In this document: positions 8,773-18,540 of the stretch, piece by piece
Position numbering within the stretch: position 1 is the stretch's first letter
Layout: each line of letters starts with the position of its first letter
NCBI GenBank assembly: GCA_965216065.1
Contig: CBDCFB010000002.1
Span: forward strand, 756-64,755
DNA from: Dehalococcoidia bacterium
GTDB lineage: Bacteria; Chloroflexota; Dehalococcoidia; Lucifugimonadales; UBA3495
DNA: 64,000 bases
Direction of reading: 5' to 3'
Translations under genes and position numbers: made by a program
The notes under the pieces: model-generated
Told to the model about the DNA's origin: nothing
What the model saw: the letters and a program-made list of their open reading frames with translations, nothing else
The model's database searches: none

Positions 8773-9131
8773 CAGGGCAATCGCATCTTGATTTCAGCAG
8801 GTTGGGTCGGAGGAGCGGACATAGCCGGTTTGCAGAGGCTGATTTTTTCGTTTTTCCGGCCATTTCCGGTCATTTCCTGCCACCCGGAGAAGCGGAGATT
8901 GCTGGTTTGCCGGGGCTGAGTTTTCGTTTTTCCGCTCATTTCCGCTCATTTTCCGCCATTCCGGCAAATCCGGGCTAACCGCTGGTTCAAGGCAGACCCG
9001 CCGGGATCTCCGGCGGGTTGTGTACCATCCGTTTATATCCGTTATAGACATAGCACCAATGCTAGAGAGGTGGCACAAGGCTTGGCAAGGGGCGAATGTC
9101 ACTTCTTATCCTTCCAAATGCGATTGCCCTG
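8773..9131. mobile_element. 359-bp MITE-like element with 14-bp terminal inverted repeats and 10-bp target duplication
   Basis: TIRs are cagggcaatcgcat (8773-8786) and atgcgattgccctg (9118-9131). Direct repeats cgtcggtatg lie at 8763-8772 and 9132-9141. An internal direct repeat tttcgtttttccg..catttccg..tcatt occurs twice. No credible ORF inside. Confidence 0.75.
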
Positions 9132-9404
9132 CGTCGGTATGGGATTGACTCGCTAACGTTTCGGTATCATTGATATAGGCGGCAGTTTCGAGGATGCGCC
9201 GGTTGACCTCATCTGCGGACGTCGCCAGACTACAGCAGCCGTAGCGCGTCGGCGAAGACTGCGGATATGCGGCCGGTGGCTACCATGCGGTGTTTGTTGC
9301 TCCTAGGGCTGAGCTTCCTTGCGGCGTAGCTTAATCCCCGGCGCGGCGCGTGGCAACCGGCGGGTGTCAGGGATTTAACGCCGAGGGTGCGGAGGACGCC
9401 GAGG

Positions 9405-10259
9405 TTATTTTCTGGGCGCGTATATCCAGCCTTCCAGTTGGGCGGCGGCGAGTTCATTCGGACCGGGTTTGCGGAATTGTTCGGGGTTCTGCGCCCACAT
9501 AGCCGCTCCTATGGCGGCTACTAGCGAATCTAGACAGTCGTGATTTTCCATGCATTTTTGATGTATAGAATCAGGAAATTGCAATAGTATGGTCGCCTTC
9601 TTTTTCAACCCATCTAGAATTTCTGAGCGAACTTTCTCTGGGTATCCGCCGTTGGTCTTGTTCTTTCTCTTGTAGTTTGCAGCAGGCAGGGAGAAGGCGC
9701 GAAGTATGGCACCTGGCATGGTTTCAAGTAAAACCGGGCCAGTGCGTCCGGTTTTGTCCAATGGCGGCACCTTACAAATTGATTCCGTCCACAACGTATG
9801 CAACATACTCATGCCGAAAAAGGTCATTGCGAACATTTCCGGGGCGGCTGGATTCAAAGGCGAGTATGCTTCTGGGAAGTTCGTTCTGTCACCCTGCCTT
9901 AAAAGTTTGTTGAACTTCCTCAAGTCCCCTTGGCGAAGGCGCGGTCTAATTTCCTGGATGTATTTCGGCAGGTCAACTAGCATTGCGATTTTCTCCCACA
10001 TCTCTGGCATAACGGTTCCTTCAAAGCCGAATTCGGCTTCAGCAAAGGCTCTGGGTATCCCGAACGGGAAATCCACCCCTACAACGGCTCTTGCATCCCC
10101 TGAAAGGGCCAATATGCGGCTAGTCAACTCTTCCCGAGGCAAGGGGAAACACGATTCCAAGCTTAAGTTGCTACCACTCAAAGCCGCCGTCGTAACCCAG
10201 GGATCATTGTTTCTCGATCCGCTGTAGTCAACGCCCCATATAGTTATCCGCTCTGCCAT
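9405..10259 (-). CDS. DUF429-like protein (predicted RNase H-fold nuclease), tentative
   Basis: 284-aa ORF in a visibly lower-GC stretch. ITIWGVDYSG start, VVGVDFPFGIP and DCLDSLVAAIGA motifs resemble DUF429. Confidence 0.45.
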   Translation of the reverse strand: MAERITIWGVDYSGSRNNDPWVTTAALSGSNLSLESCFPLPREELTSRILALSGDARAVVGVDFPFGIPRAFAEAEFGFEGTVMPEMWEKIAMLVDLPKYIQEIRPRLRQGDLRKFNKLLRQGDRTNFPEAYSPLNPAAPEMFAMTFFGMSMLHTLWTESICKVPPLDKTGRTGPVLLETMPGAILRAFSLPAANYKRKNKTNGGYPEKVRSEILDGLKKKATILLQFPDSIHQKCMENHDCLDSLVAAIGAAMWAQNPEQFRKPGPNELAAAQLEGWIYAPRK

Positions 10260-10335
10260 CGCGCTGCCCCCGTGCTAGAATTGGCCGGGTTCTGATTGCA
10301 TTATACGGCTGAGAATTGACGATAGGGGTGTTGCT

Positions 10336-11196
10336 ATGGACTTCACGACGCGCCGGGCGAGATACCGGGGGATCCTGGAGGGGGACGTTTGTGTGCATCC
10401 GGGGTCGGTGTTCGATCCGATTTCAGCCCGGATTGCCGAGGACCTGGGCTTCGAGGTGGGGATGTTCGCCGGGTCCATCGCCTCGTTCACCGTGCTGGGG
10501 GCGCCGGACATCGTGGTGCTGACGCTGACCGAGTTTGCCCAGCAGATACATCGCATCTGCCGCGCCGGAGACCTGTCGCTGATGGTGGACGCCGACCACG
10601 GCTACGGCAACGCCCTCAACGTGATGCGCACGGTAGAGGAGCTGGAGACCGCAGGCGTTTCGGCCCTGACCATTGAGGACACGGTGCTGCCCATCGGCTT
10701 CGGCGCGAGTGGCGCACAACTGCTGTCCGTCGAAGAGGGCATAGGCAAGATGAAGGCGGCGCTGTCCGGCCGCACCGACCCGGCCCTGACCATCGCCGGC
10801 CGCACCAGCGCCCTGCGCATAACTGGCGTCGAGGACACCATCAAGCGGGCCAAGGCTTATGAGGCAGCCGGGGTGGACGCCATGTTCCTGGCCGGCGCCT
10901 CCACCCGCGACGAGGTGTCGGCGGTGGCCGCCGAGGTTTCGCTGCCGATTTTGCTGGGCGGCACCACCGGCGAGTTGCAGGACAAGGAGTGGTTGGGGTC
11001 CGCTGGCGTGAAGGTGGCCCTGCAAGGGCATCTGCCCTTCTCGGCGGCGGTCAAGGCGGTCTACGACACCCTGAAGGCCCTGCGCGACGGCGTGGCGCCC
11101 GCCGACCTGCGCCCCAATCTGGCGACGGACGAGCAGATGGCCCAGTTCACTCGCCGCGACAGCTACAATCAGTGGACGGCGGACTTCCTGAACTGA
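10336..11196 (+). CDS. Isocitrate lyase/PEP mutase superfamily enzyme (oxaloacetate decarboxylase / methylisocitrate lyase-like)
   Basis: 286 aa. GSVFDPISARIAEDLGFE, MVDADHGYGNALNV and SALTIEDTV motifs are typical of the ICL/PEPM fold. Confidence 0.8.
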   Translation: MDFTTRRARYRGILEGDVCVHPGSVFDPISARIAEDLGFEVGMFAGSIASFTVLGAPDIVVLTLTEFAQQIHRICRAGDLSLMVDADHGYGNALNVMRTVEELETAGVSALTIEDTVLPIGFGASGAQLLSVEEGIGKMKAALSGRTDPALTIAGRTSALRITGVEDTIKRAKAYEAAGVDAMFLAGASTRDEVSAVAAEVSLPILLGGTTGELQDKEWLGSAGVKVALQGHLPFSAAVKAVYDTLKALRDGVAPADLRPNLATDEQMAQFTRRDSYNQWTADFLN

Positions 11197-11228
11197 TTTC
11201 CCCTTGCCGTCGGTTTTGGGATAAAATA

Positions 11229-11678
11229 ATGCCCCAACCGAAACGATACAGGAGGGAACCTGTGAACGTCTCTTACAATCACCTGCACTTCCGCAGCGCC
11301 GACCCCGATGACGCGGCCAAGTTCTACTGCGACAACTTCGGGGCCAAGATCGTGGCGGAGCGACCGCTGTCCAACACCAAGTCTATCGAGCTGTCGCTGA
11401 ACAGCACCTACCTGATGACCATCTCCGGCAGGGCCCAGGGCGAAGACCCGGTGGCAGGGTCCACCGAGCCGCGCTACGGCCTGGACCATCTCGGCTTCCT
11501 GACCGACGACATCATGACCCTCGCAGCCACGCTGAAGTCCAACGACGTCCACTTCAACTGCGAGCCGTGGGTGATGCCCTCCGGTTCCGCCGTGGCCTTC
11601 ATCGTCGCCCCCGACGAGGTTAGCGTCGAGATCATCCAGCGCCCAGCCGCTGGTGAAGAAAAGGTCGTGCTGGCTTAA
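11229..11678 (+). CDS. VOC (glyoxalase/bleomycin-resistance/dioxygenase) family protein
   Basis: ATG at 11229. YNHLHFRSADPDDAAKFYCDNFGAK...GLDHLGF...VEIIQ pattern. Confidence 0.7.
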   Translation: MPQPKRYRREPVNVSYNHLHFRSADPDDAAKFYCDNFGAKIVAERPLSNTKSIELSLNSTYLMTISGRAQGEDPVAGSTEPRYGLDHLGFLTDDIMTLAATLKSNDVHFNCEPWVMPSGSAVAFIVAPDEVSVEIIQRPAAGEEKVVLA

Positions 11679-11772
11679 CCCAACGGCTTAGTCCAACATG
11701 GATGCACAGGATGCACAGGATGTTTGGATTTGACTCCCAATCCTGTAAATCCTGTTCATCCATGTAAGAGCG

Positions 11773-12639
11773 CTAATCCGTCATCAGCCCCTCGAAGAAG
11801 TCCGCGCCGACCTTTTCGCTCTCTGCGACCTCTGGATGGGCGCGGACGTAGAACTCGCGGCCCAGGATGCGGGCGGTGACGTGGCGGGGGACGCGGTGGT
11901 AGGGCCAGTCGGGGGCAACCTGGGTGCGGTGGCAGAGGATGCAGGCTATCTTGGCCTCTATGTCGCCGTCGCCGGAGACGTCCAGTTCTAGGTGCAGCTC
12001 CTCCTCCGGGACGCCCTGAAGCTCCTGCTCCGGGCTGGGCATGGGCCAGTTGATGCCCTCGCCCCGTAGGGCCTCGGCCCACTCCCGGCGGAACCCGCGA
12101 GGACGCACACTGTAGAACAGCCTCATCGGTTGGTATGGCTCCAGTCCGCCCGATAGCTGCTGCGGGAACGCGGCAGTGTCGGCGGCCAGATGAAATGCCG
12201 TCGTGGTGTGGTTGGAGATGGCGATGTGGTCGGGGTGGCCGTACAGCCCGTCGGGGCCGAAGGTCAACACCACTTGGGGGCGGAACGTGCGCATCTCCAG
12301 CACCAGACGTTCCACCACCTCTTCCGTGCTGGCTTTGATGAACGCCTTGGGGTGCTGGTTGGCCTCCCAGCCCTGCATCCCGGAATCGCGGTAGCCCCAC
12401 ACGTCGTTGCTGCCCAGCCGCAAGGCCCGGACGGCGCAGGAAAGCTCGACCTCGCGTATCTGACCCAGCGTCTCCCTCGTGGCCGACCCCTCCTGCCGGA
12501 TCTCGCCCTCCTCGCCCAGCGTGGTAGTTACGAGCCGCACATCCACGCCCCGGCGGGTGTGGGCCGCCAGCGCCCCGCCGACCGGGAACGCCTCATCGTC
12601 GGGGTGAGCAAAACAGGCCAGCAATCGGTGCTCGGGCAT
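11773..12639 (-). CDS. PIG-L/LmbE family deacetylase
   Basis: ATG at 12639. LLACFAHPDDEAFPVGG...HPDHIAISN zinc-site motifs of the PIG-L family. Confidence 0.8.
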   Translation of the reverse strand: MPEHRLLACFAHPDDEAFPVGGALAAHTRRGVDVRLVTTTLGEEGEIRQEGSATRETLGQIREVELSCAVRALRLGSNDVWGYRDSGMQGWEANQHPKAFIKASTEEVVERLVLEMRTFRPQVVLTFGPDGLYGHPDHIAISNHTTTAFHLAADTAAFPQQLSGGLEPYQPMRLFYSVRPRGFRREWAEALRGEGINWPMPSPEQELQGVPEEELHLELDVSGDGDIEAKIACILCHRTQVAPDWPYHRVPRHVTARILGREFYVRAHPEVAESEKVGADFFEGLMTD

Positions 12640-12773
12640 TTCAACCTTCCGTATTCGTTGTAAACTGCGGTCGTATTCTACATCGCCGCCAGAACAAATG
12701 AGGAATCGCCTCATTTGCTACTTGTCGGAAATCGCTCCTGCGTAATCAAGCCTTCATTGGCAATGACGGCAGG

Positions 12774-14201
12774 GTGTGGCAGAGGCCAGTCGTCGATTCA
12801 CGTTTCAGAAGCAAATTTCAACCCGCCCACTCCAATAGATGGTGTCGCCCTGTGTTCCTCACTGAAACCGAACTGGACATACCCCCGGCCCCGGCGGGCG
12901 CGGGCCTGCTGGAGTGGCTGTCGCGGCAGATGGCGGAGCGGCTGGCGTCGGGCCGGACTCCCCTGCGGCTGGTGGTGACGGAAACCCACGCACGGGGCTA
13001 TCGCTGTGAAGTGACCACGCTGGCGGGCAACGGACCCATGTTAAGTTCGCCCAACGGCCTGCCGGAGGGCGGCATCACCGAGTTCCGCCCCCGGCTCACC
13101 GAGAACACCGCGCAGTTCAACGCTGTGCTGCTGGTGCCGACCGGCATCGGGGCGGCCATCGGCGGGCACGCCGGCGACGCCACGCCGGTGGCCCGGCTCC
13201 TGGCGTCGGTGTGCGACACGCTGGTTACTCATCCCAACGTCGTGAACGCCTCAGATATCAACGAAATGCCCGCCAACGCCCTGTACGTGGAGGGCAGCGT
13301 GGCCTGCCGCCTGCTGATGGGGACGGCAGGGTTGCAGCCGGTGCGGGCCAACCGGGTGCTTGCGGTGGTGGACTCCCACCCCAACCCGCTCTTCACCGAG
13401 CTGGCGGTGAATGCAGTGAACGCGGCCCATGCCTCCTACGGCCTGCTCTGCCCCGGCGTGGTGGCCGTGGAGCCGCCGCTGCTGATGCGCTCGGTGTACA
13501 CCGGCTCCACCCGCGCCGCCGGTACGGTAGAGGACGTGGAGCGGCTGTTTGCCGTGCTGGACTCGCGGCGGGGCGAATACGATGCCGTGGCGCTGTCGTC
13601 GGTGATCTCCGTCCCGTTCCAGTACCACACCGATTATTTCACCAGCGAAGGCGGCATGGTCAACCCCTGGGGCGGTGTGGAGGCTATGCTGACCCACGCC
13701 GTCTCCAGCCGCTACGACGTGCCGTCGGCCCACTCGCCGATGCTGGAGTCGCAGGAGGTGCTGGACCTCGACGTGGGCGTGGTGGACCCCCGCATGGCCG
13801 CCGAGACCGTCTCCATAACCTTCCTGCAATCGGTCCTCAAGGGACTGCAACGCAGCCCGCGAATCATCACCGGCCGCGAGGCGATGCGAGAACCCGGTGT
13901 GCTGACCGCCCGCGACGTTTCCTGCCTGGTGTTGCCGCAGGGCTGCCTGGGACTGCCCACGCTGGCGGCGCTGGAGCAGGGCATCCCGGTCATCGAGGTG
14001 GAGGAGAACGCCAACTTGATGCGCAACGACTTGTCGGGCCTCCCGTGGCGTCAGGGCCAGTTCCACCGCGTCGCCAACTACTGGGAGGCCGCAGGCGTGA
14101 TGGCGGCCCTGAAGGCGGGCATGAATCCCGCCTCCGTGCGCCGCCCCCTCGCGCCGGTGCCGGTTCAGAAAAGTTCGCCCTTCCTCGAGGGAGAGGGTTA
14201 G
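12774..14201 (+). CDS. DUF3326-like conserved protein (start uncertain)
   Basis: Long ORF. VLLVPTGIGAAIGGHAGDATPVARLLASVCDTLVTHPNVVNASD matches my recollection of DUF3326. An alternative GTG start lies near 12851. Confidence 0.5.
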   Translation: MWQRPVVDSRFRSKFQPAHSNRWCRPVFLTETELDIPPAPAGAGLLEWLSRQMAERLASGRTPLRLVVTETHARGYRCEVTTLAGNGPMLSSPNGLPEGGITEFRPRLTENTAQFNAVLLVPTGIGAAIGGHAGDATPVARLLASVCDTLVTHPNVVNASDINEMPANALYVEGSVACRLLMGTAGLQPVRANRVLAVVDSHPNPLFTELAVNAVNAAHASYGLLCPGVVAVEPPLLMRSVYTGSTRAAGTVEDVERLFAVLDSRRGEYDAVALSSVISVPFQYHTDYFTSEGGMVNPWGGVEAMLTHAVSSRYDVPSAHSPMLESQEVLDLDVGVVDPRMAAETVSITFLQSVLKGLQRSPRIITGREAMREPGVLTARDVSCLVLPQGCLGLPTLAALEQGIPVIEVEENANLMRNDLSGLPWRQGQFHRVANYWEAAGVMAALKAGMNPASVRRPLAPVPVQKSSPFLEGEG

Positions 14202-14267
14202 ATGGGACAGGACGATGGCAAAGCCGGATAGCTCGTCCGGTCCCTGACGGCGCAGCGTGGCCGGCGG

Positions 14268-16703
14268 CTACTCTTCCCCGTTTATCGCCCGCCAGACGCG
14301 CTCCGGCTTCAGCGGGATGTCCAGTTGCGGCGGGCCCAGGTGCGACAGGGCGTCGGCGACGGCGTTGACCACCGCGGGAACGGCGGCGATGGTGGGCGTT
14401 TCGCCCATGCCCTTGACGCCCAGCGGATTGAAGGGGCTAGGCGTCTCCATAAGCTGCACGGTGAAATCGGGCAGGTGCTTGGCTAGCGGCATGGCGTAGT
14501 CCATGAAACTGCCGGAGAGCAGCGGGCCGCTTTCGTCCCAGACCGCCTCCTCCATCAGCGCCGCGCCGATGCCTTGGGCCAGCCCGCCGTGAACCTGCCC
14601 GTCCACCACCATCGGGTTCACGATAACGCCGAAGTCGTTCACCGAGTAGAAGCCTACCAGTTGCACCGCGCCGTTGTCCGGGTCAACCCGCACCACGGCC
14701 ACGTTGGCGCTGTAGGGGAAGGTGTAGCTGTCGGGTTCCCAGTACACGCTGGCCTCCAGGCCGCGTTCGGTTCCCTCCGGCAGGGGCTGGGGGCCAGTGG
14801 ACAGCGCGGCCACGTCGCGCCAGGTGACGTAGCGGTCTGGTATGTCTTCGGCGAAGAAACCGCCCCGGCCCAGCTCGACATACTCCGGCTCGGTGCGCAG
14901 CAGGGTGGCGGCCAGCTTCAGTGCCTTATCCTTGACCTGGCGGCTGGCCGTGACCACCGCCGAGCCGCCAACTACTATGGACCGGCTGGCCCGCGTGCCG
15001 GTGCCTTGGGCAATCAGGGCCGTATCGCCATACACTACCCTGACATCTTCCAGCGCCACGGCCAGCTCGTCGGCGGCAATCTGGGCGAAGGTGGTCTCGT
15101 GGCCTTGGCCGTGGGGCGATGACCCGGTGTAGACCGTGACCCGTCCGGTGGTGTCCACCTGCACCGTGGAGGTTTCGTAGCCGGGCCGGACGCTGAGGGA
15201 GCCGGACGGCCCAAAGCCGGAGGCGTCGACGGTGGTGGCGATGCCGATGCCCAACAGGCCGCCGCTCGCGCCCCCCGATGAACGCTGTCGGGCTTGTTCT
15301 TCCCTCAAGGAGGCGTAGCCCGCCAACTCCAGGACCATTTCCAGCCCGCGATGATAGTCGCCGCTGTCGTGGAGCCGGCCCGTGGGAGTGCGGTAGGGGA
15401 AGGCTGCGGCGGGTATCAGGTTGCGACGCCGCACCTCCGCCGGGTCGAGGCCCAGCGCCTGGGCGATACCGTCCATGACCCGCTCCGCAGCGTAGGCGGT
15501 GGCGTGCTGTCCGTAGCCGCGATAGGGGCCGACCGACATCTTGTTGGTGTAGACGCCGAACACCTCCCACTCCAGGTTTTCCACCGTGTAGGCGCCAGCG
15601 GCGCCGGACGGAGTGAGCGTCTCGGCCACCCCGTGGGTGCCTCCGAAAGAGTATGCGCCCAGGTCGGTGTAATACTGCGTCCGCAGGGCCAGCAGATTGC
15701 CGTCGTTGCGGTAGGCGGCCTCGACGTACTGGACCTCGCCGCGCCCGTGGATGGTGGAGGTGAACTCCTCCTGCCTTTCCCCGTCCCACTGCACCGGGCG
15801 GTTGAGGCGCATCGCCAGCGCCGCCGCGATGATGGTCTCCGGGTAGGTGTCGATTTTCGCGCCGAACCCGCCGCCCACGTCGCGGGAGAGGACGCGGATC
15901 CGGTTCTCCGCCAGGCCCAGCACGCCGGCCACAGCGCGGCGCTCCATGTGCGGGGCTTGGGTGGACAGCCAGAGGGTCAACTCGTCGACGCCGCGCTCGT
16001 AGCTGGCGGTCACCGCCCGAGGCTCCATGGCGTTGGGGACCAGGCGAGGCTCCACCAGCCGCAGGGACAGGACACCGTCGGCCTCGGCGAAGGCGGCGTC
16101 CGGGTCGCCGACGGTGCGGGAACTGGTGACGCAGAGGTTGGTTCCCAGCTCATCGTGAACCAGGGGCGCGCCGTCCTCCAGCCCTCGCTCGGCGTCCACC
16201 ACGGCAGGCAGCGGCTCGTAGTCGACCTCGATGAGTTCAATGGCGTCGCGGGCTATGTAGGCGTCCTCGGCGACCACCACGGCCACCGGCTCGCCTTCGT
16301 ACTTGGCTACATCCGCCGCCATGGGCCAGCGGCTCACGGCCTTCATGTGCTCGCGCACGCCGGCCAGGGGCAGCTCGGCGGCACAGAGGGCGTTGAATTC
16401 CGCTCCGGTGACCACCGCCAGCACGCCGGGCAGGTTTCGAGCGTTATCGGCATTTATGCCACGGATGCGGGCGTGGGCGTGCGGGCTGCGCAGGACGACC
16501 ATGAACGCCGCGTTGCGGGGCTGGATGTCACCGGCGTACCGGCCCTCGCCCTGAATCAGGCGAAAATCCTCCTTTCGTCGTACTGATGCGCCTACCAGCT
16601 TGTCGTTTCCGCCGATTTCTGAACGCTCCACGTCGTCCCCCGTCCAAATAAATGCGTTGTTCGATGCGTTATTATGATACTTTATATCATCAAATGATGG
16701 CAT
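14268..16703 (-). CDS. Xanthine dehydrogenase/aldehyde oxidase/CoxL-family molybdopterin-binding large subunit
   Basis: 811 aa. VRRKEDFRLIQGEGRYAGDI N-terminus, GGGFGAK and GPYRGYG motifs. The VAYRCSFR loop of true CO dehydrogenases is absent. No adjacent FeS or FAD subunit genes. Confidence 0.85.
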   Translation of the reverse strand: MPSFDDIKYHNNASNNAFIWTGDDVERSEIGGNDKLVGASVRRKEDFRLIQGEGRYAGDIQPRNAAFMVVLRSPHAHARIRGINADNARNLPGVLAVVTGAEFNALCAAELPLAGVREHMKAVSRWPMAADVAKYEGEPVAVVVAEDAYIARDAIELIEVDYEPLPAVVDAERGLEDGAPLVHDELGTNLCVTSSRTVGDPDAAFAEADGVLSLRLVEPRLVPNAMEPRAVTASYERGVDELTLWLSTQAPHMERRAVAGVLGLAENRIRVLSRDVGGGFGAKIDTYPETIIAAALAMRLNRPVQWDGERQEEFTSTIHGRGEVQYVEAAYRNDGNLLALRTQYYTDLGAYSFGGTHGVAETLTPSGAAGAYTVENLEWEVFGVYTNKMSVGPYRGYGQHATAYAAERVMDGIAQALGLDPAEVRRRNLIPAAAFPYRTPTGRLHDSGDYHRGLEMVLELAGYASLREEQARQRSSGGASGGLLGIGIATTVDASGFGPSGSLSVRPGYETSTVQVDTTGRVTVYTGSSPHGQGHETTFAQIAADELAVALEDVRVVYGDTALIAQGTGTRASRSIVVGGSAVVTASRQVKDKALKLAATLLRTEPEYVELGRGGFFAEDIPDRYVTWRDVAALSTGPQPLPEGTERGLEASVYWEPDSYTFPYSANVAVVRVDPDNGAVQLVGFYSVNDFGVIVNPMVVDGQVHGGLAQGIGAALMEEAVWDESGPLLSGSFMDYAMPLAKHLPDFTVQLMETPSPFNPLGVKGMGETPTIAAVPAVVNAVADALSHLGPPQLDIPLKPERVWRAINGEE

Positions 16704-16793
16704 GTCGCAATCTGGAGCCGTATAATATAACCAAGCCCAGCGTATTCTATACTAACGTGGGCGAGTGGGCGGGACGGGAAAGAGAGAGGACGT

Positions 16794-17744
16794 ATGGCAA
16801 CATTTGGAGATCTCGAAAGAGCGCTGGCTGACCTTTACCCCTACAGGTGGGCCATCGGGGCAGCGGTGCTGGTGCTTATCGCCGCGTTTCTGGCCTTCGC
16901 GTGGTGGCGCGGCTGGCACTTGTGGGCCTGGCGCTACCGCAAGCCTCTGGGCATCGTGTCCGTGCCCCTGCTCCTGGTGACTCTATGGCTCGGCTGGTCA
17001 CTGGGTTCGCCGCTGTTCACCAACGTAACGGTGGACGAGGCGTTCCCCTTCGCCGCCACCGCCACGGTGCCCGAGGGAATGGAGCGCGAGGACGTGGAGC
17101 AGGTCCTCTCCGGCTTCGCCAAGGTGGACAGCCCGGTGATGGAGACCATGCCTGCCCCCGCCGCAATAGACGCTTCGGCGGCCCTGGCGTCGGAAGAAGC
17201 CGACCCTGAGGACGCGCTGGTGGTGATTACTCCCTCCCGCCGCGCGGCTCTCGACGATGGCATGGCAATGGCGATGCAGGCGCTGGAAACCGGGAGCATG
17301 GAAGAAGCGGCTCAAATGACCGAAAAGGCAGTGGCGATGATGGAGGAAGCCATCGAGCAGTCGGAGATGGCGATGCAGACAGCGGCGTCCAGCGAGGTGC
17401 AGGCGGTGGCCATGGGCAGCTTCAAGGACGCTGACGCCTTCCACCGGGGCAGCGGCACCGCCACCATCTACCGCACTCCCGACGGCGGCAAAGTCCTGCG
17501 CCTGGAAAACCTGGAGGTCACCAACGGCCCGGCCCTGCACGTCGTCCTGTCCACGCACCCCGACCCGGAACGCTCCGAGCAGGTGAAGCAGGAGGGCTAC
17601 GTTGACCTCGGCGACCTCAAGGGCAACCGGGGCAACCAGAACTACCCGATACCGGCCAGCGTGGACACCTCGATACACCGGAGCGTGGTCATCTACTGCT
17701 ACCCCTTCGCCGTCGTGTTCAGCGTCGCCACGCTGGAGGGTTAG
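16794..17744 (+). CDS. Membrane-anchored DM13 domain protein
   Basis: N-terminal transmembrane helices, an acidic/Met-rich linker, then GSFKDADAFHRGSGTATIYRTPDGGKVLRLENLEVTNGPALHVVL (DM13 pattern). Confidence 0.6.
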   Translation: MATFGDLERALADLYPYRWAIGAAVLVLIAAFLAFAWWRGWHLWAWRYRKPLGIVSVPLLLVTLWLGWSLGSPLFTNVTVDEAFPFAATATVPEGMEREDVEQVLSGFAKVDSPVMETMPAPAAIDASAALASEEADPEDALVVITPSRRAALDDGMAMAMQALETGSMEEAAQMTEKAVAMMEEAIEQSEMAMQTAASSEVQAVAMGSFKDADAFHRGSGTATIYRTPDGGKVLRLENLEVTNGPALHVVLSTHPDPERSEQVKQEGYVDLGDLKGNRGNQNYPIPASVDTSIHRSVVIYCYPFAVVFSVATLEG

Positions 17745-17781
17745 GAGTGCGCCGATGCTCCCTGCCCCCGCGCCAATGTTT

Positions 17782-17809
17782 CCTCTCCCTCTGGGAGAGG
17801 GTTAGGGTG
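17782..17809. repeat. REP-like hairpin (same family as 8361-8392)
   Basis: cctctccctctgggagagggttagggtg lies about 40 nt past the DM13 gene stop. Confidence 0.6.
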
Positions 17810-17897
17810 TCCGCGGTGCTCTTCCGCTTGCCCACCGCGGGATGTTGGCGGATAATGCGTCAAACCACCACGCAAAGGGAGAAGGAGGCGCGAAGTC

Positions 17898-18425
17898 ATG
17901 TCCAAAGTCAACATGATTCACCACGTCAACATCCAGATCACCAACCGGGAGCGCACCCGCGAGTGGTACGAGAAGGTGCTGGGAGCCGAGTTCCTGGACC
18001 GCGGCCCGGCCCTGAACCGGCGGATGCTCCAGCTCCGCATCGGCAATGGCGAGATCCACACCAGCGAGGTCACCGAGATGGTGCATATTCCCCGCGTCCA
18101 CTTCGCCATTGAGGTGGAGGACTGGGACCCGGCGCTGGCCAACCTGGATGCGCTGGGCGTCGCCTACTCCCGCTCTGCCGGCGGGGCCTTCACCGGCACC
18201 GGCGGCGAAGACCCGTACCAAGGCCGCCGCGAGGACACCGGCGAGCACTACACCTACATCGCCGACCCCGACGGCAACCTGATTGAGCTGGTCTGCCACC
18301 CGCTGGGCCTTGAAAGTTCCGAGGGCGACGCCGTCGGCCTGCACCACGATGCGAGGAATCCCCACTGGACACAGATACCCGGCTTCGTGGAGGAGGCGTA
18401 CAAGGAAGCAGAGGTCACCGTTTAG
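17898..18425 (+). CDS. VOC family protein
   Basis: 175 aa. IHHVNIQITNRERTREWYEKVLGAEF...HFAIEVEDWD...DPDGNLIELV. Confidence 0.7.
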   Translation: MSKVNMIHHVNIQITNRERTREWYEKVLGAEFLDRGPALNRRMLQLRIGNGEIHTSEVTEMVHIPRVHFAIEVEDWDPALANLDALGVAYSRSAGGAFTGTGGEDPYQGRREDTGEHYTYIADPDGNLIELVCHPLGLESSEGDAVGLHHDARNPHWTQIPGFVEEAYKEAEVTV

Positions 18426-18540
18426 GGCCTCCCTGTCGGCTGCTTTCCGCCGTAGATGAAGGTTGAGCGCGGGTAGTCTGTTTGAGTGCCCGCGCTCCTT
18501 CTTGACGGCGAAAACAGGTCTTGACGGCGAAAACCGGCGG

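Noticed and set aside
9230-9457. 75-aa ORF with a vaguely recombinase/transposase-like C-terminal tail
   Set aside because: The similarity is too weak and short to support. It overlaps the 3' end of the DUF429-like gene region and lacks a start context.
13211-14368. 385-aa plus-frame ORF and 271-aa minus ORF inside the DUF3326-like gene
   Set aside because: They have extreme Arg/Gly/Pro composition and no motifs. The frame with VPTGIGAAIGGHAGDA is the only protein-like one.
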